Positions 61,201 to 64,000 of a stretch of DNA of 64,000 nt are shown here, piece by piece (position 1 is the stretch's first letter; the number at the start of each line of letters is the position of its first letter). The position numbers and the translations under genes were made by a program. The stretch covers positions 10,416,001 to 10,480,000 of the forward strand of contig JAQFVV010000010.1 of NCBI GenBank assembly GCA_028023455.1. Reading direction: 5' to 3'. The notes beneath the pieces were generated by a model. That model saw nothing but the letters and a program-made list of their open reading frames with translations. It made no database searches and was not told where the DNA came from. The stretch is from Epiperipatus broadwayi. Lineage: Eukaryota; Animalia; Onychophora.

Positions 61201-63920
61201 TTCTATCGTATATTTTTTTACTTGTGTTATGGCTTTTTTTTTTATCAATTTTCAATCAGATATTTTTTTATTTGTGTTACAGCTTTTTTTTTGTTGTTGT
61301 CGTTTAACAGATAAACATATATTACGGCTATTTTTTATTTCAAATAAAAAGTAACAGTTGTTAGTGTTAAGTTTAGGGTTAGTTTTAGGGTTAGTGTTCT
61401 GTTTTTTGTAATGCTAAAATAAAAAATATTAAAATCGTACTTTTTTTTTAGTAACATTTCTAAAATAAATGATAAAAATAAACGTTTACTATATTCAACA
61501 AAGTATAATAGTATTCTGAGAAAGTAAATAAAGTAAAACTTTTTTAAACAACAACAAAACATACATATATATATGAAAGTTAAAAAAAGAGTTTATAATT
61601 GTACTTTTCTTAAAGATGTTACATTTTATTATTGTTGTTTTGTGTTCCCCGCTTTTTTTTTTTTTTGATTTCAAAAATAATGATAACAAAGATTAAAACT
61701 TGTTACACTTTCTTTTTTAAACTATAAATAACAGTAAAATAATGAGTTTTTAATAACAAATTGATAACTTTTGAAGTTTTTATACAATAACAACTATAAA
61801 AATATAATCTCAACATATTTAAAAAGAAATAATAAATACAACAACAAAAATTTAATATTTTCTAAATACACACGTATATACCTCATTTTTTAATATAAAA
61901 ATTTAAAAACTTTAACATTTGTAAATAAAAAAAAATGAAAATAATAATAAACAACAACTCTTAAAAATATTTAAAGTAACTTATTGGGAGTGGTGGGTCA
62001 AAGACATCTCTGAAAGTATGGCCAAGTAAACATCTTCATTCTTGTGTAGACGTTGCCACATAAATTCTGAAAGGTAGTTGGACAGAACTTGCCGGTGAGT
62101 TCCACGTTTTTTTATTTTTCCATTTTAAAAGTCCCCAAAGTCGCTCGATAGTCTGAGTGTGAGCGCCTGTGGAAGGGTCCACAAAATTGTAGGTGTGATT
62201 AACTGTCATATGATGGAACCCTGACACCTCAAGATCTGCAGTCTTATAACCTTTCCAACAGTCTGAAAAGATAGTCGATCCGACCTTGATGTTGTCTTTC
62301 AGCGCTTGTAAAAGTGTTGCTGCAGATCGGCAAGGAATACATTTCAGAAAACATTCATGTATCTCGCGGTATACACCTCCCAAGATCCACTGTTGAGGTA
62401 GTATTCTTCCTTGATGATTTTTTTGTCCTACTAAACAGAGTTTCATCAACTTCAACTGTCAGACCGGGCCCGCCAATTTGACAGCAGGCTCGCGCTGACA
62501 GACTCTCAGCACACAGCTCTCGCAGGCCGTTTGTCCAATGTAAAATGGCACATCGTCCGATACTCAGTTCTGTCTGAACGGCTTGAATAGTCAGTTGTTC
62601 GCGGCTCCAGTAATATATAAGCCGTAAAGCTTGAACAAACGGAATTCTGGAGCCGTCGAACCAAGTATGCTTTCGAATGGAACACGTTCGTCTGCATGAA
62701 CACAACGGACAGCGAAATTGAGCCACTCCTTTATAAAAAAATATCTTCATGTCAAGCCCACAATTACATTTTTTCGAATGTGGAAGCACATTCATTGCTT
62801 GCAAATAGGATACAGCATTAGATTCTGTTGTTGGTAAATCAGCAAATCTAACAACATGTGTGATTTCCTGCGCCATATTGTTTATTTCTTGGAATGTTAC
62901 GAATAGTATGTTACTTTACGGGTTACCGAATTGCAACTCACTAAAAACATAGATCTTTAACATTTTCACAATTAAACTTAAATACAGTATGTTTTAGAAA
63001 TTCTTAGAATTATTACTTTACAAAATCTGAACATTTTAATTCTTTAAAATAAAAAAAAATTCAATGAAAACAACATTTCCATCAGATTCAAATACAAACT
63101 CTCTCATCAAGTCGTAACTGTTCTATAAATTGTGCGAATTCGCAAAATATATTTGCTTCCATGCAACATACATGCTGTACTGCGATGCGACATAGCGGCC
63201 TGCATCCTGTAGCACAACAAAAAAGTTGTACTATTGAAAACGCGGGTTCGAACGTGTCGGCCAGTGCCTTTAGCTATAAGATGAGTACCATATTTTTTTT
63301 AAACTAATTTAAGTGTTATATTATAGATATGTAATTTTATATGTTTTAGGTAATATATATAAAAAAGCTATAAAAATATTACAGGTTACATAAGAAGTAT
63401 TTGAAATAGCTCAATTTTAAAATTAAATACATTTAATGCTGAGTGTTTAAACACATGATATATAAATATACAATTAATATTTCAAAAAATCAGATTTGAA
63501 TTAATTTATTTAATTTTTTTTTTTGTTTTATAGTTTTTAATATGTTTAAATAATTTGTTTTGTATGTTTAAATTTTATTATGATATGGTTTTGATATATA
63601 TTGTATAATTTACGGTTGTGAAGAAAATTGCTGAATAATTGATACTATCATTTATTTTTGGAAGTTTGTAATAATAAAATATTGTATTTAAACAGGGTAA
63701 AGTATATAGAAAAGTGTGTTAATATTATTTGTTAAATTGCATGTCTATCTATTATGAGTATTTTTATTTTTGGACTAATATTTCTTTTTAATATAATTTC
63801 TTTTATTATCATTATTATTGCTGTTTTTATTAAGGATTTATACTATCCAGAAAGAACTTCTGAAAATGGTGAAGAAATTCGCCTTGCCTACTGCCTTCAT
63901 ATTTTGAACCATGTCCTGAA
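19095..63920 (+). CDS. UTP25: U3 snoRNA-associated protein 25 / DIEXF (DEF) homolog, 5' part. Exons 19095-19231, 25219-25273, 28187-28271, 34815-35657, 45120-45214, 55535-55612, 56014-56083, 58103-58155, 63835-63920; continues beyond the window
   Basis: All exons have AG/GT ends and continuous phases (2,0,1,1,0,0,1,0,2). Peptides [27 protein letters not shown] and [29 protein letters not shown] match the UTP25 sequence as I recall it ([56 protein letters not shown]). Confidence 0.88.
19993..20059 (+). pseudogene. tRNA-Gly(TCC)-derived pseudogene or SINE head in UTP25 intron 1
   Basis: GCGTTG..AGTAGTTAGCATAGCTGCCTTCCAAGCAG..GGGTTCGCTTCCC resembles tRNA-Gly-TCC; the 3' acceptor strand is partly deleted. 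Confidence 0.75.
23443..23487 (-). ncRNA. Type I minimal hammerhead ribozyme (family A), core intact
   Basis: CTTCA-CTGATGA-AAGCTCCACAAGCTA-GAAAC-TA-GTC-TGGGA; stem I is weak (G.U pairs). Confidence 0.75.
24392..24431 (+). ncRNA. Type I minimal hammerhead ribozyme (family A), core intact; predicted cut after C24426
   Basis: CTCCA-CTGATGA-AAGTCACAAGCTA-GAAAC-TA-GTC-TGGAG; perfect 5-bp stem I; palindromic stem III ACTAGT. Confidence 0.85.
25219..25273 (+). CDS. UTP25: UTP25 exon 2 ([18 protein letters not shown])
   Basis: TTTTGTTAG acceptor, GTAAGT donor, phase 2 to 0. Confidence 0.68.
27200..28030 (+). mobile_element. Degenerate RTE-like LINE, endonuclease region
   Basis: Traces of [18 protein letters not shown] and GDLN motifs; heavily frameshifted. 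Confidence 0.5.
28187..28271 (+). CDS. UTP25: UTP25 exon 3 ([28 protein letters not shown])
   Basis: TTGTAG acceptor, GT donor; Y-x-x-LL motif as in UTP25 GYHRLLATL. Confidence 0.8.
30790..33461 (-). mobile_element. Penelope-like element (RT plus GIY-YIG) with direct pseudo-LTRs 30790-31125 and 33120-33461; frameshifted
   Basis: [49 protein letters not shown], and [13 protein letters not shown]. The terminal repeat includes the ORF 3' end, as is typical of PLEs. Confidence 0.92.
34815..35657 (+). CDS. UTP25: UTP25 exon 4, 843 nt, extremely Asp/Glu-rich
   Basis: TTTTCAG acceptor, GTATGT donor, open throughout, in frame with ORF 35066-35665, phase 1-1. Confidence 0.85.
36251..36380 (+). repeat. 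Two-copy tandem duplication, 70 bp period
   Basis: GTATTGATTCAAAATTTTTGATGACAATTA... at 36251 and 36321. Confidence 0.9.
37661..38493 (+). mobile_element. HHR repeat family A, locus 2: about two tandem units, 436 bp period
   Basis: TATGGAGAGTTTTGCCTG at 37671 and 38107. HHR at 37976-38016 has a mutated core (CTGCCGA); the second unit has the HHR deleted. AAAAACAAGT flanks (37651-37660 / 38494-38503). Confidence 0.85.
38720..40070 (+). mobile_element. RTE-like LINE, reverse-transcriptase remnant
   Basis: [38 protein letters not shown]. Confidence 0.75.
40246..40287 (-). ncRNA. Type I minimal hammerhead ribozyme (family B)
   Basis: TCAA-CTGATGA-CTGCTG-GTT-CAGCAT-GAA-AT-GCAT-AT-A-TTGG; AUA cleavage triplet; palindromic ATGCAT. 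Confidence 0.75.
41029..41066 (+). ncRNA. Type I minimal hammerhead ribozyme (family B), loopless stem III
   Basis: TCAA-CTGATGA-GTGCTG-GTT-CAGCAT-GAA-ATAT-A-TTGG. Confidence 0.7.
43333..44297 (+). mobile_element. 5'-truncated Penelope-like element with inverted pseudo-LTR arms (43333-43473 / 44160-44297)
   Basis: About 140 bp inverted arms. Interior ORF 43660-44019 has the GIY-YIG-like [26 protein letters not shown]. There is an HHR in each arm. Confidence 0.82.
44194..44236 (+). ncRNA. Type I hammerhead variant with A3-U8 core (mirror copy at 43396-43438, minus strand)
   Basis: GGCT-ATGAATA-TGGAGAC-TTAA-GTTCTCT-GAA-AGCGCT-(T/C)-AGCC. Confidence 0.7.
45120..45214 (+). CDS. UTP25: UTP25 exon 5 ([32 protein letters not shown])
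   Basis: Poly-T tract plus AAG acceptor; GTAATA donor; DPF-x-x-H motif. Confidence 0.85.
45365..45537. repeat. Inverted repeat, about 70 bp arms, 28 nt spacer
   Basis: ...TAATATTTATCGAACC / GGTTCGATAAATATTA... Confidence 0.85.
46700..47520 (+). mobile_element. Second RTE-like LINE RT remnant, related to 38720-40070
   Basis: [12 protein letters not shown]; ORF 46986-47468 [10 protein letters not shown]...[12 protein letters not shown]...YRSETW. Confidence 0.7.
49760..51420 (+). mobile_element. Degenerate hAT Charlie/Buster-like transposase remnant
   Basis: N-terminal [10 protein letters not shown]...CVC..; LQFDES; YHVEIHCLS (similar to HTEVRWLS). TIRs not resolved. Confidence 0.65.
51895..51931 (-). 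ncRNA. Type I hammerhead (family A), ultra-short stem II
   Basis: CTCCTCA-CTGATGA-AAGCTA-GAAAC-TA-GTC-TGAGGAG; perfect 7-bp stem I. Confidence 0.75.
52119..52160 (+). ncRNA. Type I minimal hammerhead ribozyme (family A), core intact; predicted cut after C52154
   Basis: TCCTCA-CTGATGA-AAGCCACAAGCTA-GAAAC-TA-GTC-TGGGGA. Confidence 0.85.
55535..55612 (+). CDS. UTP25: UTP25 exon 6 ([26 protein letters not shown])
   Basis: T-tract CTAG acceptor, GTAAGA donor, W-x-x-LG motif. Confidence 0.82.
56014..56083 (+). CDS. UTP25: UTP25 exon 7 ([23 protein letters not shown])
   Basis: TTTTATTGTAG acceptor, GTAAGT donor, phase fits. Confidence 0.75.
56316..56565. mobile_element. Small insertion with 5' inversion, half-hammerhead and 14-bp TSD
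   Basis: Inverted arms 56313-56399 / 56426-56512; TATTGGCTTACATA at 56302-56315 and 56566-56579; GAAAC-CATA-GTC-AGGGG on the minus strand in the spacer. Confidence 0.75.
58103..58155 (+). CDS. UTP25: UTP25 exon 8 ([17 protein letters not shown])
   Basis: TATAG acceptor, GTAAGT donor, phase 1 to 0. Confidence 0.78.
59451..59521 (-). repeat. tRNA-derived SINE-like head, degenerate
   Basis: Minus strand AGTCCAGTGGTAGAGGATCAGACTCTAGAGTG...AGATTCCAG has A-box and anticodon-arm-like features. Confidence 0.45.
59692..59899. mobile_element. PLE-type inverted pseudo-LTR remnant with a hammerhead in each arm
   Basis: Near-perfect arms of about 97 bp, 14 nt loop. Plus arm: TTATTCCT-CTGATGA-A-GACT..AGTC-GAAAC-CATA-AGAAAATAA. 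Confidence 0.78.
60558..60889. mobile_element. Probable hAT MITE
   Basis: Degenerate TIRs GGGTGTGGCCAAAC / GTTTAGCCATGGTG; subterminal AGAGCCACA / AGCCAC motifs like those in 8081-8532. Confidence 0.45.
61981..62876 (-). mobile_element. Merlin (IS1016/ISXO2-like DDE) transposase, split by two 1-nt homopolymer insertions
   Basis: Zn-ribbon-like N-terminus (CNCG..CPLCSC); [42 protein letters not shown]. Confidence 0.9.
63835..63920 (+). CDS. UTP25: UTP25 exon 9 ([29 protein letters not shown])
   Basis: Strongest motif match to UTP25; TTAAG acceptor, GTAAGT donor. Confidence 0.93.
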
Positions 63921-64000
63921 GTAAGTTACATGCATGAATCATTGAACTATGTTCATTTAGAAGTATAATATTTTTATTTTAAAAAACATTTATCAAAGTT

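Noticed and set aside
61365-61395. TTAGGG-like repeats suggesting an interstitial telomere
   Set aside because: Only two or three imperfect units inside the probable Merlin subterminal region.
62107-62424. Programmed -1 frameshifting at the A AAA AAA runs in the Merlin transposase
   Set aside because: Restoring the ORF needs a +1 shift (loss of one base) at each site, which a -1 slippery site does not provide.

Overview
AT-rich, repeat-dense eukaryotic DNA, probably from an invertebrate (inference). From 19095 to the window end it carries the 5' part of a + strand UTP25/DIEXF (DEF) gene. I reconstructed nine coding exons by eye with continuous phase; the gene runs off the right edge. Upstream lie a Mag-type Ty3/Gypsy LTR element (517-7445; RT deleted, gag interrupted by a 2.9 kb insert), a second Gypsy remnant, and a hAT Charlie/Buster element plus a MITE. 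The introns hold RTE-like LINE remnants, two Penelope-like elements (PLEs), a second hAT remnant and a near-intact Merlin transposase. The most notable signal is a set of minimal type-I hammerhead ribozyme (HHR) motifs. They occur in two unrelated non-coding tandem-repeat families (unit about 370-440 bp and about 460-470 bp; retrozyme-like), in both PLEs, and in small inverted-repeat insertions. Several share one architecture: an inverted 5' block, a sense block and a 10-16 bp candidate target-site duplication. One HHR has a compensatory A3-U8 core pair, and Pol III A/B-box-like motifs accompany several of them. All structures were read by eye; nothing was computed or searched.
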